Shown: positions 48,794 through 57,958, numbered from the stretch's first letter. The stretch is 58,146 nt of DNA from a virus (IMGVR_UViG_3300022920_000008:1-58146), one strand, 5' to 3'. Notes: a model not told the origin generated them from the letters alone. Program-made: numbers and translations.

Positions 48794-51476
48794 AGTATAT
48801 AATTTAACGCTACCAGATGGCACTACAATACCAGTACCTGCTTGGGCTCGTGAAGCTACCTTATCTGTTTTAGTTGAGCAATTAAAAATTGGAAGTTCAC
48901 TAAACAAGTCTTTAATAAAAGAAGTAACTGATTTAAATTTAGATACTGATGAAATTGAAGACAGTATTCAAGATATGTTTAATAGTCTTGAAACTGTAAA
49001 ATTACAAGAGAGTGAAGACGAGAAAAAAGCCAGAGCTGGCTTTGCCAAAGGAATTGCAAAAGCTACTAATGATGTTGTTGACTCTTTAAGTGACACAAGT
49101 CAACCATTAACTACTATGACTAAAAATGCAGAGTTAGCTGCAGGATGGTTAGGCAAAGGCGGCGGGCAATGGCTGAGAAATTCTACAGCATTAGCAGAAA
49201 CATTTGAGGGCGCTGGAGACTTTATAGCAGGCGCCGCAGATGGATTAGGTGATGCATTTTTTGCATATGCTGGTTTTGTAGCAGGACAATTAGAGTCATT
49301 TGCAAAAGCACAAACAAATATGATTAATGCAGGTGCTATATTCTTTGACGCAAGTGTTTCATTTGATGATCTAAGAGAATCTGCCGCGGCGTCGGGCATT
49401 ACTTATAATCAGTTAAGTGAAATTGCAATGCAATATGGTACAGGATTGCAAGTTTTAGGTCGAGGTGTTTCGGGCGGTGTTACAGAATTTTTAAATACAT
49501 TCAAAGATCTACAAGAAACTTCAGAAGCATTTGGCGACTTTGGTATGTCAAACGAACAACTTGCCGCAGGGTTTGCTGAGTTTATCGAAGTGTCACGTTT
49601 AACTGGTTTAGTTAATAACAAGACTCAAGACGCATCTGGTGTCCTAGAACAAGGATACACAAACTTATTGCAAGAAACTACTGCATTAGCTGCATTAACA
49701 GGTAAAAGCAGAGACCAACTATTAGCTGAACAAAATGAAGCATTGAAGAATCCAACAACTGCCGCAGCATTAATTAGAATGGAAGAACGTGGGTTTGGTG
49801 ATGAAGCTGAAGTAATCACTAGTATTGTTAGACAGTTAGCAAACACTGCTGAATACTTACCAGCTGGTGTTTCAGACATGATACAATTAGCAATTGGTAC
49901 TGCATATGGCGAACTTGAAGCAGGTGAAAATATCAGTAATGTTGATTTACGAGCGGCACTACGTGCCGCTGATCCAAGTGGTAGTGTGTCTACAATACTA
50001 AACAGTTCTGGTATTGATATTATGGAAAAGATACAAACTGCGGTAGCAAATGGTTCAACACCAGATGATATAAGATCATTTATATATGAAGAAATCGCAG
50101 CTATAGATGAAGGCATTGATGCAGACATTCGAATGAATACAGGCACCTTGAGTGACTATGCAGCAATGGTACTGGAGTTTAGAACCAAAAGTATATTGGC
50201 AGACAAAGATTTTGCTACATTGTTACGTGGTACTGAGGAAGAGCGTAACGCAGTTTATGCTGATATGCAACGACAGTTGGCAACATCAGGAACGGCAACA
50301 CTTGCATTGAATGATTTAACTAAACTATTTTTACAAGCACAATCCAAACTAACTCCAGATTTAGATAAATCTGCAGCATATGCAAGATCAATTGCTGGTG
50401 GTATGGAACATATTGCTAACTTATTAAACGGCCAAACAGGCGCAGATAATGATAGTGGTATTGGCGGTGGTCTTAATCCACTTGTAAATGCTCAAATAAC
50501 AACTGAACAACGAGATCAACAATTAAATGACGGACTTGAAAATGGAACTATACCTGAAAACTATGAAGATCCTATAGGCGATGCTCCAGTTTTAGAATTC
50601 GACCAGGCAATCATGGACGAATTTTTAGGTATGATGACACAATCAGGTGGAACTCCTGATAGCTTTACTGATATCATTCACGGTGAAGTAATGCGAATGC
50701 CACATCCTGTAAACCGTGGGGTAACTGCGTTTATGAAAATGAGAGAATTTGGTGGTACAGTTACACCAGCAGCTAACAATCACGGGTATGTTGTTGGTGA
50801 AGCAGGACCAGAATATTTTGAACCAACCGGCGATGGAAAAATTATACCGTTTAGCGAAATGACATCAATAATTGAAACAAGTGCCCGTGCTATCGATGCG
50901 TTTACGTCAGCAGTTGGAAAAATCGACTTATCATCAATATCTGATTTTACACAAACTACATTACAATCATTAGCAGGAAAAATGGTTGAAAATATAATGA
51001 CTGAAGTTGACACTGTAGATACAGCATCTTTGGGTGCATTTGGTGGACAAGGTTCGATGGTGATCGATGGTATTGGCATTAACGAACTATTAGGTGATCT
51101 AAACATACCTAACAGTGCATTAGATTTACAAGCACAATTTGAATCTGGCGTTGGATTAGATGTATTTGGTGGAAGTGATACGCCTGTAACACCTGCAACT
51201 GTAACAAAAACTGAAAATAGCCAACCAATTAATGAGCTAAATACAAGCACGGTAGGTACAGTATCTAATACTTCAAATAATCAAATTGTACAAAATGTAC
51301 CTCCAGCCCCAAATCAAACAAACAATAATTCAAATTCTCCAGATTTTGAAGAATTTAAAACAAAAATGCAAGAATTGGCAAGCGTAAAAGAAACATATAG
51401 TAGTGTAATTATGGCTTTACGTGACGAAGTTAGAAAATATCAAAGAATTAATGATACTGGGAGAACTTTCGGTTGA
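48783..51476 (+). CDS. tape-measure-like protein 3
   Basis: LAALTGKSRDQL helical repeats; REFGGTV...YVVGEAGPEYF.P...GKIIP motif typical of tape-measure C-termini. Confidence 0.7.
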   Translation: MSDKVYNLTLPDGTTIPVPAWAREATLSVLVEQLKIGSSLNKSLIKEVTDLNLDTDEIEDSIQDMFNSLETVKLQESEDEKKARAGFAKGIAKATNDVVDSLSDTSQPLTTMTKNAELAAGWLGKGGGQWLRNSTALAETFEGAGDFIAGAADGLGDAFFAYAGFVAGQLESFAKAQTNMINAGAIFFDASVSFDDLRESAAASGITYNQLSEIAMQYGTGLQVLGRGVSGGVTEFLNTFKDLQETSEAFGDFGMSNEQLAAGFAEFIEVSRLTGLVNNKTQDASGVLEQGYTNLLQETTALAALTGKSRDQLLAEQNEALKNPTTAAALIRMEERGFGDEAEVITSIVRQLANTAEYLPAGVSDMIQLAIGTAYGELEAGENISNVDLRAALRAADPSGSVSTILNSSGIDIMEKIQTAVANGSTPDDIRSFIYEEIAAIDEGIDADIRMNTGTLSDYAAMVLEFRTKSILADKDFATLLRGTEEERNAVYADMQRQLATSGTATLALNDLTKLFLQAQSKLTPDLDKSAAYARSIAGGMEHIANLLNGQTGADNDSGIGGGLNPLVNAQITTEQRDQQLNDGLENGTIPENYEDPIGDAPVLEFDQAIMDEFLGMMTQSGGTPDSFTDIIHGEVMRMPHPVNRGVTAFMKMREFGGTVTPAANNHGYVVGEAGPEYFEPTGDGKIIPFSEMTSIIETSARAIDAFTSAVGKIDLSSISDFTQTTLQSLAGKMVENIMTEVDTVDTASLGAFGGQGSMVIDGIGINELLGDLNIPNSALDLQAQFESGVGLDVFGGSDTPVTPATVTKTENSQPINELNTSTVGTVSNTSNNQIVQNVPPAPNQTNNNSNSPDFEEFKTKMQELASVKETYSSVIMALRDEVRKYQRINDTGRTFG

Positions 51477-51501
51477 CAAGAACAACTAAATACACTATAT
51501 T
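51473..51501 (+). promoter_or_regulatory. TTGACA-17-TATATT sigma70 promoter with TAAATA (51487-51492) nested in the spacer
   Basis: Immediately upstream of the portal gene. Confidence 0.55.
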
Positions 51502-51515
51502 AAAGGTATAAAATT

Positions 51516-53186
51516 ATGAGCTGGAAAAAACATTTCACAAAGTACGAACCTTCTACAGGAAATGGTCGTACAAAAGCCAATAGATGGCAGTCCTGGTTAC
51601 CAGAAGTATATTCTGGTATGCCAAATCGTGTTGAGCGATATACTCAGTATGACCAAATGGATCAAGATAGTGAAATTAACGCAGCACTAGATACAATTGC
51701 TGAATTTAGTACGCAATCAGAATCACAAAGCAAACTACCATTTTCAATTAATTACAAAGATGAAATGACAGAAAGTGAAATTTCTGCTATCAATACAACA
51801 CTAAAACAGTGGTGTAATATTAATGATTTTGAACGCAGAATGTTTGGTGTGTTTAGATCTACTATTAAATATGGAGATCACTTTTTTATTCGTGATCCAG
51901 AAACATTTAAACTAATTTGGGTTAACCCAGCAGATATTAGCAAAGCAATTGTAAACGAAAGTACTGGTAAGGAAATTGATCAGTATATTGTAAAAAATAT
52001 CGCACTAAATTTAAATGACATGGTTACTACTGATACCCGTAAATTAAACAACATGGGTATCAATAACACTACTGGCGGAATAACAGGTGCAGCACAAAAT
52101 ACAAGTACAGGCACATATCAAGGTGGTATGAATTCAAATAACACAGAGTTTGCAGTTGATTCAGCACACGTTGTTCATATTAGTTTAACAGACGGAATGA
52201 ATGCAAGTTGGCCATTTGGTAACAGTATCCTTGACAGTGTATTCAAAGTATACAAACAAAAAGAATTATTAGAAGATAGTATTATTATCTATCGTGTACA
52301 AAGAGCTCCAGAACGCCGTGCATTTTATGTTGATGTAGGTAATATGCCAGCACATAAAGCACAGGCATTTGTTGAGCGTGTTAAAAACGAAGTACACCAA
52401 ACTCGCATACCTACAAAAAATGGCGGCGGCGCAAGCGTAATGGATGCAAGTTACAATCCTTTATCAATCATGGAAGATTACTTCTTTGCACAAACTGCTG
52501 AAGGACGTGGATCAAAAGTCGAAGTATTGCCAGGCGGCGACAACTTAGGTGAGATTGACGACTTAAAATACTTTAACAATAAGTTAATGCGTGGCTTACG
52601 TATTCCTTCAAGTTACTTGCCAACAGGACCTGACGATGGCACAGCAACTTATCAAGACGGTAGAGTAGGCACTGCCTTAATTCAAGAATTTAGATTTAGT
52701 AAGTATTGTGAGCGGTTACAGTTAATCTTACAACCAACATTAGATTATGAATTTAAACTATTCATGAAACACAAAGGTATCAATATTCCAGGAAACTTAT
52801 TTGATCTAGACTTTGTAGAACCACAAAGCTTTAGTCAGTATAGAGAAATTGAAATTGATAGTTCAAGAGCGCAGTTATTTGGCAACTTGGACGGTGTACA
52901 ATATCTAAGTAAACAATTTATCTTACAGAAATATTTAGGTTTAAGTCAAGACGAAATCAAAGAAAACGAAGCCCTGTGGAAGAAAGAAAATTCTTCAGAC
53001 AGTTCACCAGATTTAAATAACCAAGGAGACTTGGGATCATTGGGTGTTAGAGGCGGCGATATTGAAAGTTTCGAACCAACTGATTTAGACGACGATGGCG
53101 CAGATGGCGGAGTAGACGATTTAGATGTTGAAAACCCTGATAGCCCAATTAGCGGTGCAGAGGGGGGCAGCGACGATGAGATTTAA
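51516..53186 (+). CDS. gp20: portal protein gp20-like
   Basis: MD.DSEI.AALD, LLEDSIIIYRVQRAPERRAFYVDVGNMP..KA, MEDYFF...EGRGS.VE.LPGG.NLGEIDDL.YF. Confidence 0.95.
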   Translation: MSWKKHFTKYEPSTGNGRTKANRWQSWLPEVYSGMPNRVERYTQYDQMDQDSEINAALDTIAEFSTQSESQSKLPFSINYKDEMTESEISAINTTLKQWCNINDFERRMFGVFRSTIKYGDHFFIRDPETFKLIWVNPADISKAIVNESTGKEIDQYIVKNIALNLNDMVTTDTRKLNNMGINNTTGGITGAAQNTSTGTYQGGMNSNNTEFAVDSAHVVHISLTDGMNASWPFGNSILDSVFKVYKQKELLEDSIIIYRVQRAPERRAFYVDVGNMPAHKAQAFVERVKNEVHQTRIPTKNGGGASVMDASYNPLSIMEDYFFAQTAEGRGSKVEVLPGGDNLGEIDDLKYFNNKLMRGLRIPSSYLPTGPDDGTATYQDGRVGTALIQEFRFSKYCERLQLILQPTLDYEFKLFMKHKGINIPGNLFDLDFVEPQSFSQYREIEIDSSRAQLFGNLDGVQYLSKQFILQKYLGLSQDEIKENEALWKKENSSDSSPDLNNQGDLGSLGVRGGDIESFEPTDLDDDGADGGVDDLDVENPDSPISGAEGGSDDEI

Positions 53187-53373
53187 TGAAGTCAGTTTGC
53201 AAAAAGCAGAAGATGACGATTATGGCAAATGGGATATCGATGATACACGTAGACCAAAGCTAAAACTTAAACATATTAATAAAATGCGCAATATGCAAGA
53301 AATGCGCAAAAAAGAACATGATGAAGAAGTGATAAGTAATAAAGCAATGTATAGCCAAGGCGAAGCTGAGTAA
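53176..53373 (+). CDS. small prohead-associated protein
   Basis: ATG 53176 overlaps the portal end; MRFNEV...DTRRPKLKLKHINKMR; gp67/68 position. Confidence 0.6.
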   Translation: MRFNEVSLQKAEDDDYGKWDIDDTRRPKLKLKHINKMRNMQEMRKKEHDEEVISNKAMYSQGEAE

Positions 53374-53459
53374 ACAAACAGTTTTATGAAGTTTTTCAAA
53401 AGATAGTGTAGAAAGTGCAGTTTTAAATGCATTTTACTATGGTCTTTACCAATGCGTCT

Positions 53460-53465
53460 TAAATA
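53460..53465 (+). promoter_or_regulatory. late promoter TAAATA
   Basis: Upstream of the AAGGAG RBS of 53505. Confidence 0.45.
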
Positions 53466-53504
53466 CATATGTTATAACCTATCGGATAGAAGGAGATTTT
53501 AATC

Positions 53505-54320
53505 ATGAGTGCTCAACATCGTTATACAAAGATTATTGAGAGCCTAGTAAACGGCGATGAAGCTAATGCTTCAGAACTACTACACGAAGCTTTCGTAGAA
53601 AGAGCCCGCGAGATCTGGTCAGATCTAGTGGAGCAAGATGAAATCGCAGAAGATGAGGTTTCAGAAGAAGAATTAGAAGAAGCAATTGGCTCAGAAGAAG
53701 CTGATGACTTTTTAGATGACATCGAAACATCAGAAGACGAAATCGAAGCTGAAGAAGCTTTCGGCGAGTCAGACGACGAAGAAGATGAAGATGCAATGGA
53801 TATGGATTCAGAAGAAGAATTATCAATGGATCACGACGAAGCAGGCGACAATGATGTTGAAGATGCTATCGTGAATGTTGAAGATGCTTTAGCTGATCTA
53901 AAAGCTACATTTGCAGAAATCATTGGCGATGACATGTCAGACGATTCAGAAGAAGCAGAAATGCCAGCAATGGACATGGAAGCAGACGATGATGAAGTTG
54001 AAGAAGAATTCGCTTTTGAAGCTGAAGAAGCTGACGAAGAAGAAACTGAAGAGCTTGAAGAAGCAGCAGACTTAACAAAAATTGGCAAAGACGGTGCAAT
54101 CCACCCAATCGACATGCCAGCAGGCGACGACGGTAAAGCGTCACCAGTTAAAGATGCAGGCAACGACATGGCGAAACCAGTATCAACTGACACAAAAAAA
54201 GAAGCAGGTGGCAAAGCGCCAGCAGCTAAAGACATGGGCGTTACACACCCAGGCGATGGTGCAAAACTATCACCTGAGACACGTGGCCATGGCGCAGAGA
54301 AAAAAGGTTCGGGTGAGTAA
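53505..54320 (+). CDS. acidic prohead core/scaffold protein
   Basis: Very E/D-rich, with LEE-type processing sites; lies between portal and protease. Confidence 0.7.
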   Translation: MSAQHRYTKIIESLVNGDEANASELLHEAFVERAREIWSDLVEQDEIAEDEVSEEELEEAIGSEEADDFLDDIETSEDEIEAEEAFGESDDEEDEDAMDMDSEEELSMDHDEAGDNDVEDAIVNVEDALADLKATFAEIIGDDMSDDSEEAEMPAMDMEADDDEVEEEFAFEAEEADEEETEELEEAADLTKIGKDGAIHPIDMPAGDDGKASPVKDAGNDMAKPVSTDTKKEAGGKAPAAKDMGVTHPGDGAKLSPETRGHGAEKKGSGE

Positions 54321-54958
54321 TGTTAACACTTAAAGAACAACTTTCTTTTGATCAAGCAAGTATCGTAACTGAAGCTGTCGATGACGGTAAGGGCGGTAAA
54401 AGCTTGTATATGGAAGGTATTTTTGTTCAAGGTGATAAACGAAACCAGAATCAAAGAGTTTACCCTGTAACAGAGATTGCTAAGGCTGTTAAGAACATCC
54501 AAGGCAAGATTGATGACGGGTTCACAGTATTAGGCGAAGCTGACCATCCAGATGACTTACAAGTTAATCTAGACCGTGTTTCACACGTAATTGAAAAAAT
54601 GTGGATGAACGGTCAGGATGGTTTTGGTCGCTTAAAGATTTTACCAACTCCAATGGGAAATATATGTAAAACCCTACTGGAGAATGGTGTAAAACTAGGC
54701 GTATCTAGTCGTGGTAGCGGCAATGTTGCGGAAAGTGGAAATGTATCAGATTTTGAGATTCAAACGGTAGATATCGTTGCGAATCCTTCAGCACCTGATG
54801 CTTATCCTGATCCGTTATATGAAGCTATTATGAATGGTAAGCGTGGTAACATCCTTTTGGACGTTGCACATGCTTCAAATCAAGATAACGCCGCACAAAA
54901 GTATCTTCAGGAAGAAGTGCTTAAATTTATTAATAACTTAGATATTAGGAGAAGTTAA
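54320..54958 (+). CDS. gp21: prohead protease gp21-like
   Basis: LYMEGIF.Q....NQN.RVYP, GEADHP, LGVSSRGSG, DIVANPSAP.AY. Confidence 0.95.
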   Translation: MLTLKEQLSFDQASIVTEAVDDGKGGKSLYMEGIFVQGDKRNQNQRVYPVTEIAKAVKNIQGKIDDGFTVLGEADHPDDLQVNLDRVSHVIEKMWMNGQDGFGRLKILPTPMGNICKTLLENGVKLGVSSRGSGNVAESGNVSDFEIQTVDIVANPSAPDAYPDPLYEAIMNGKRGNILLDVAHASNQDNAAQKYLQEEVLKFINNLDIRRS

Positions 54959-54959
54959 C

Positions 54960-56054
54960 ATGGCGCATGCAATCGACCAACTCCTAAGTTCAGAAGTTTT
55001 AAGTGAAGAAGTTCGCACAACACTTTCAGAAGCATGGGAAACTAAGCTTGTGGAGGCACGTGAGGAAATTACAGCAACACTACGTGAAGAGTTCGCTAAT
55101 AGATATGAATCAGATAAGACGCAGATGGTGGAAGCACTAGACGCAATGCTTAATGATACAATCAAAGCAGAACTTGTAGAGTTTGCTGAAGATAAGAAAG
55201 CAGCAGTAGAAGCAAAAGTTGAATACAACAGTAAGCTAAAAGAACATGCAGCTATTCTAGATCAGTTCGTAATGGAAACCTTGAAAAAGGAAATTAAAGA
55301 ATTACGTGATGATCGTCAACTTCAAGAACAAAACTTCGGGAAGCTAGAAGATTTCGTAATGGAACAACTAACTTCAGAACTTAACGAATTCCACCAAGAC
55401 AAACAAGAACTAATTGCAGAGAAAGTTCGTCTAGTGAAAGAAGGTAAAGAAATGATTGCTGAAACTAAACGTGAATTTATTGACAGAGCAAGTGGCAAAC
55501 TAGCAAGTATTGTTGAATCAACACTAACTGGTGAACTACACACTCTTAAAGAAGACATTCAACTTGCAAAAGAAAATATGTTTGGTCGTAAGATCTTTGA
55601 AACATTTGCAGCTGAATTTATGAGTTCACACTTAGCAGAAGGCACACAAGTTTCTAAGCTATCACAGGAATTACTAACGATGAAAACTGCATTAGCAGAA
55701 TCAACGAAAGTAGTTGCTGAAAAAGAGGCGCTGATTGAATCAGCAGCTAAAAAGGCATCACGCATTGCAGACGCAAGTCAACGCAAAGCAAAAATTGATG
55801 AACTTTTAAGTCCTCTTGCAAAAGACAAACGTGAATTGATGACAAACCTACTTGAAAGTGTTGCAACTGTAAAGTTACAAGCAGCATATAACAAGTATTT
55901 GCCAACAGTGTTAAACGAAACAGTAAAAACACAAAATTCACAAACATTAAATGAATCTCAGAAGACTGAGATCACAGGTAACAAGGTGAGCACACAGGAG
56001 ACTGAAAGCGAAGCCAAGATTATTAACCTAAAAAAATTAGCTGGTATCAAATAA
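54960..56054 (+). CDS. gp22: prohead core scaffold gp22-like
   Basis: Coiled-coil, E/K-rich; between protease and MCP; C-terminal LKKLAGI. Confidence 0.8.
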   Translation: MAHAIDQLLSSEVLSEEVRTTLSEAWETKLVEAREEITATLREEFANRYESDKTQMVEALDAMLNDTIKAELVEFAEDKKAAVEAKVEYNSKLKEHAAILDQFVMETLKKEIKELRDDRQLQEQNFGKLEDFVMEQLTSELNEFHQDKQELIAEKVRLVKEGKEMIAETKREFIDRASGKLASIVESTLTGELHTLKEDIQLAKENMFGRKIFETFAAEFMSSHLAEGTQVSKLSQELLTMKTALAESTKVVAEKEALIESAAKKASRIADASQRKAKIDELLSPLAKDKRELMTNLLESVATVKLQAAYNKYLPTVLNETVKTQNSQTLNESQKTEITGNKVSTQETESEAKIINLKKLAGIK

Positions 56055-56069
56055 TAAGGAGAATACCAA

Positions 56070-57233
56070 ATGTCACAGAATCTATTTGAAAACTGGGGTG
56101 TAACTAAAGACGCTCTAACAGATGGTCTAGCAGGCAACAAAAAGGTTGTAATGGAGTCAGTTCTAGAAAACACTAAGAGCTATCTTTCAGAAACCGCTGC
56201 AGCAGGCACATCAATGGCTGGCAATATTGCCACAATGAATAAAGTAATCCTACCGGTAATCCGTCGTGTTATGCCAACGGTTATTGCTAACGAACTAGTA
56301 GGCGTTCAGCCTATGACTGGCCCAGTAGGCCAAATCCATACACTACGTGTACGTTACTCAGAAACAGCAGCTGGCGCAACAGCTGGTGATGAAGCACTAA
56401 GCCCATTTGCAATTGCAAAAGGTTACTCAGGTGACGCAGCAACTGGTGGTCCAGCAGCTACTTCTTCTCTAGAAGCAGAAGCAGGCCGTAAGCTTTCAAT
56501 TCAAGTATTGAAGCAAACAGTTGAAGCGAAAACACGTAAACTATCAGCACGTTGGACATTCGAAGCGGCGCAAGACGCTAACTCAATGCACGGTCTAGAC
56601 GTTGAAGCAGAAATCATGCAAGCACTTGCACAAGAAATTACTGCTGAAATCGACCAAGAAGTTCTAACATCACTACGCACTCTAGCAGGCGCAGTAACAG
56701 ATACATACGACCAAGGCAACGTATCAGGTCAAGCAACTTTCGTTGGTGACCAACACGCAGCACTAGCAGTTCTAATCAACAGAGCGGCTAACCTAATTGC
56801 AACACGCACACGTCGTGGCGCAGGTAACTACGTAGTAGTATCACCAACAATGCTAACTGTTCTACAGTCAGCAACAACATCAGCATTTGCTCGTACAACA
56901 GAAGGTCCTTTCGAGGCTCCAACTAACACGAAATTTGTTGGTACACTAAACAATACAGTACGTGTATTTGTAGACCAGTATGCAGCAGACGATGCTCCAG
57001 TACTAGTTGGCTATAAAGGTGACGGCGAAATGGATGCAGCTGCGTTCTATTGCCCATACATCCCGCTAATGTCTTCAGGCACAGTACTAGATCCAGCAAC
57101 GTTCGAACCAACAGTGTCATTCATGACACGTTACGGTTATGTAGAGCTAAACAACCAAGCTTCATCACTTGGTAATGCGGCAGACTACCTAGCTAAAATT
57201 GGCGTTGATGCGACAGCACTATCATTCCAGTAA
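56070..57233 (+). CDS. gp23: major capsid protein gp23-like (compact, 387 aa)
   Basis: VGVQPMTGP.GQI..LR, VEAKTRKL.A.WT.E.AQD....HG.D.EAE, FYCPYIPL, FMTRYG. Confidence 0.96.
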   Translation: MSQNLFENWGVTKDALTDGLAGNKKVVMESVLENTKSYLSETAAAGTSMAGNIATMNKVILPVIRRVMPTVIANELVGVQPMTGPVGQIHTLRVRYSETAAGATAGDEALSPFAIAKGYSGDAATGGPAATSSLEAEAGRKLSIQVLKQTVEAKTRKLSARWTFEAAQDANSMHGLDVEAEIMQALAQEITAEIDQEVLTSLRTLAGAVTDTYDQGNVSGQATFVGDQHAALAVLINRAANLIATRTRRGAGNYVVVSPTMLTVLQSATTSAFARTTEGPFEAPTNTKFVGTLNNTVRVFVDQYAADDAPVLVGYKGDGEMDAAAFYCPYIPLMSSGTVLDPATFEPTVSFMTRYGYVELNNQASSLGNAADYLAKIGVDATALSFQ

Positions 57234-57257
57234 GAACTTACTAGAATACATAAACAT

Positions 57258-57288
57258 AAAACAGGATCTTCGGATCCTGTTTTTTTTT
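57258..57288 (+). terminator. intrinsic terminator after MCP
   Basis: ACAGGATC-TTCG-GATCCTGT followed by a T run. Confidence 0.92.
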
Positions 57289-57308
57289 ACTTTTTTTTAA
57301 AAAAAGGC

Positions 57309-57337
57309 TTGACATTAGTGTCAAGATGTACTATATT
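57309..57337 (+). promoter_or_regulatory. sigma70 promoter TTGACA-17-TATATT
   Basis: Consensus spacing; the -35 lies in the palindrome CTTGACA-ttag-TGTCAAG (57308-57325). Confidence 0.8.
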
Positions 57338-57368
57338 AAGTACATAAGCTAAACGACGGTTTAGATTA

Positions 57369-57548
57369 GATAGTGCAAGGAAATGTCGTTTCGTAAGGAC
57401 GATAACTTGGCTAGTAGCTGTAGTGGCAGCGTATGAGCATGGAGACATGAAGATACGTAGATTCAAACGTAACTGTTTGATACTAGGCGCAACTGAATGT
57501 ATGAAATACTTACTAGGTTGTTGGAGGTAGACTGTAATCCTCCCTATC
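57369..57548 (+). ncRNA. candidate structured ncRNA (~180 nt)
   Basis: Closing GATAG/CTATC stem, multibranch junctions, GTAA and GAGA tetraloops, own promoter. Confidence 0.65.
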
Positions 57549-57678
57549 ACTTTATATTAAGTACAGAAGCAATTAGAAAGATTTTAACATGTCAAATACT
57601 ACATCATATATATTAGGATGGCCGCCAAGAGATTGGGGAATGTTTTGACGTGACTTTTTAATAAAAGTTATTTTAAGC

Positions 57679-57713
57679 AAGCCCCTAGTGTTAATTCATT
57701 AGGGGCTTTTTTT
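57679..57713 (+). terminator. intrinsic terminator
   Basis: AAGCCCCTAGTG-ttaatt-CATTAGGGGCTT followed by a T run. Confidence 0.8.
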
Positions 57714-57715
57714 AT

Positions 57716-57789
57716 AAGCACACTATGTCCCACTGCAATGGGAAGTTTTGCAGAACATAGATCCCGAAAGGATTGAAGTTAGTGTGTTT
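57716..57789 (+). ncRNA. candidate small pseudoknotted RNA
   Basis: 10-bp outer stem; TCCCA/TGGGA hairpin whose loop CTGCAA is complementary to TTGCAG; GAAA-capped hairpin. Confidence 0.45.
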
Positions 57790-57798
57790 TTAAAAAAT

Positions 57799-57872
57799 GA
57801 GGGTGTAGTGAAATGGTATCACGCTGGTCTCCAAAACCAGAAGCAGGAGTTCGATTCTCCTCACCTTTGCCA
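57799..57872 (+). tRNA. trnW: tRNA-Trp(CCA)
   Basis: Cloverleaf; anticodon arm CTGGT-ctCCAaa-ACCAG; GTTCGA T-loop; encoded CCA. Confidence 0.92.
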
Positions 57873-57882
57873 AATATAAAGC

Positions 57883-57958
57883 GGGCCGGTAGCTCAGTTG
57901 GTAGAGCAACTGACTTTTAATCAGTAGGTCTCGGGTTCGAACCCCGACCGGCTCACCA
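57883..57958 (+). tRNA. trnK: tRNA-Lys(TTT)
   Basis: Canonical 76-nt cloverleaf; ACTGA-ctTTTaa-TCAGT; CCA end. Confidence 0.96.

Noticed and set aside
53522-57120. Many minus-strand Ser/Leu-rich ORFs over the head genes (and similar plus-strand ORFs over the baseplate genes)
   Set aside because: Antisense artefacts of biased codon usage in genuine genes.
57287-57550. 87-aa minus-strand ORF
   Set aside because: Antisense to a promoter-driven structured RNA and runs into homopolymer tracts; no motif or RBS.
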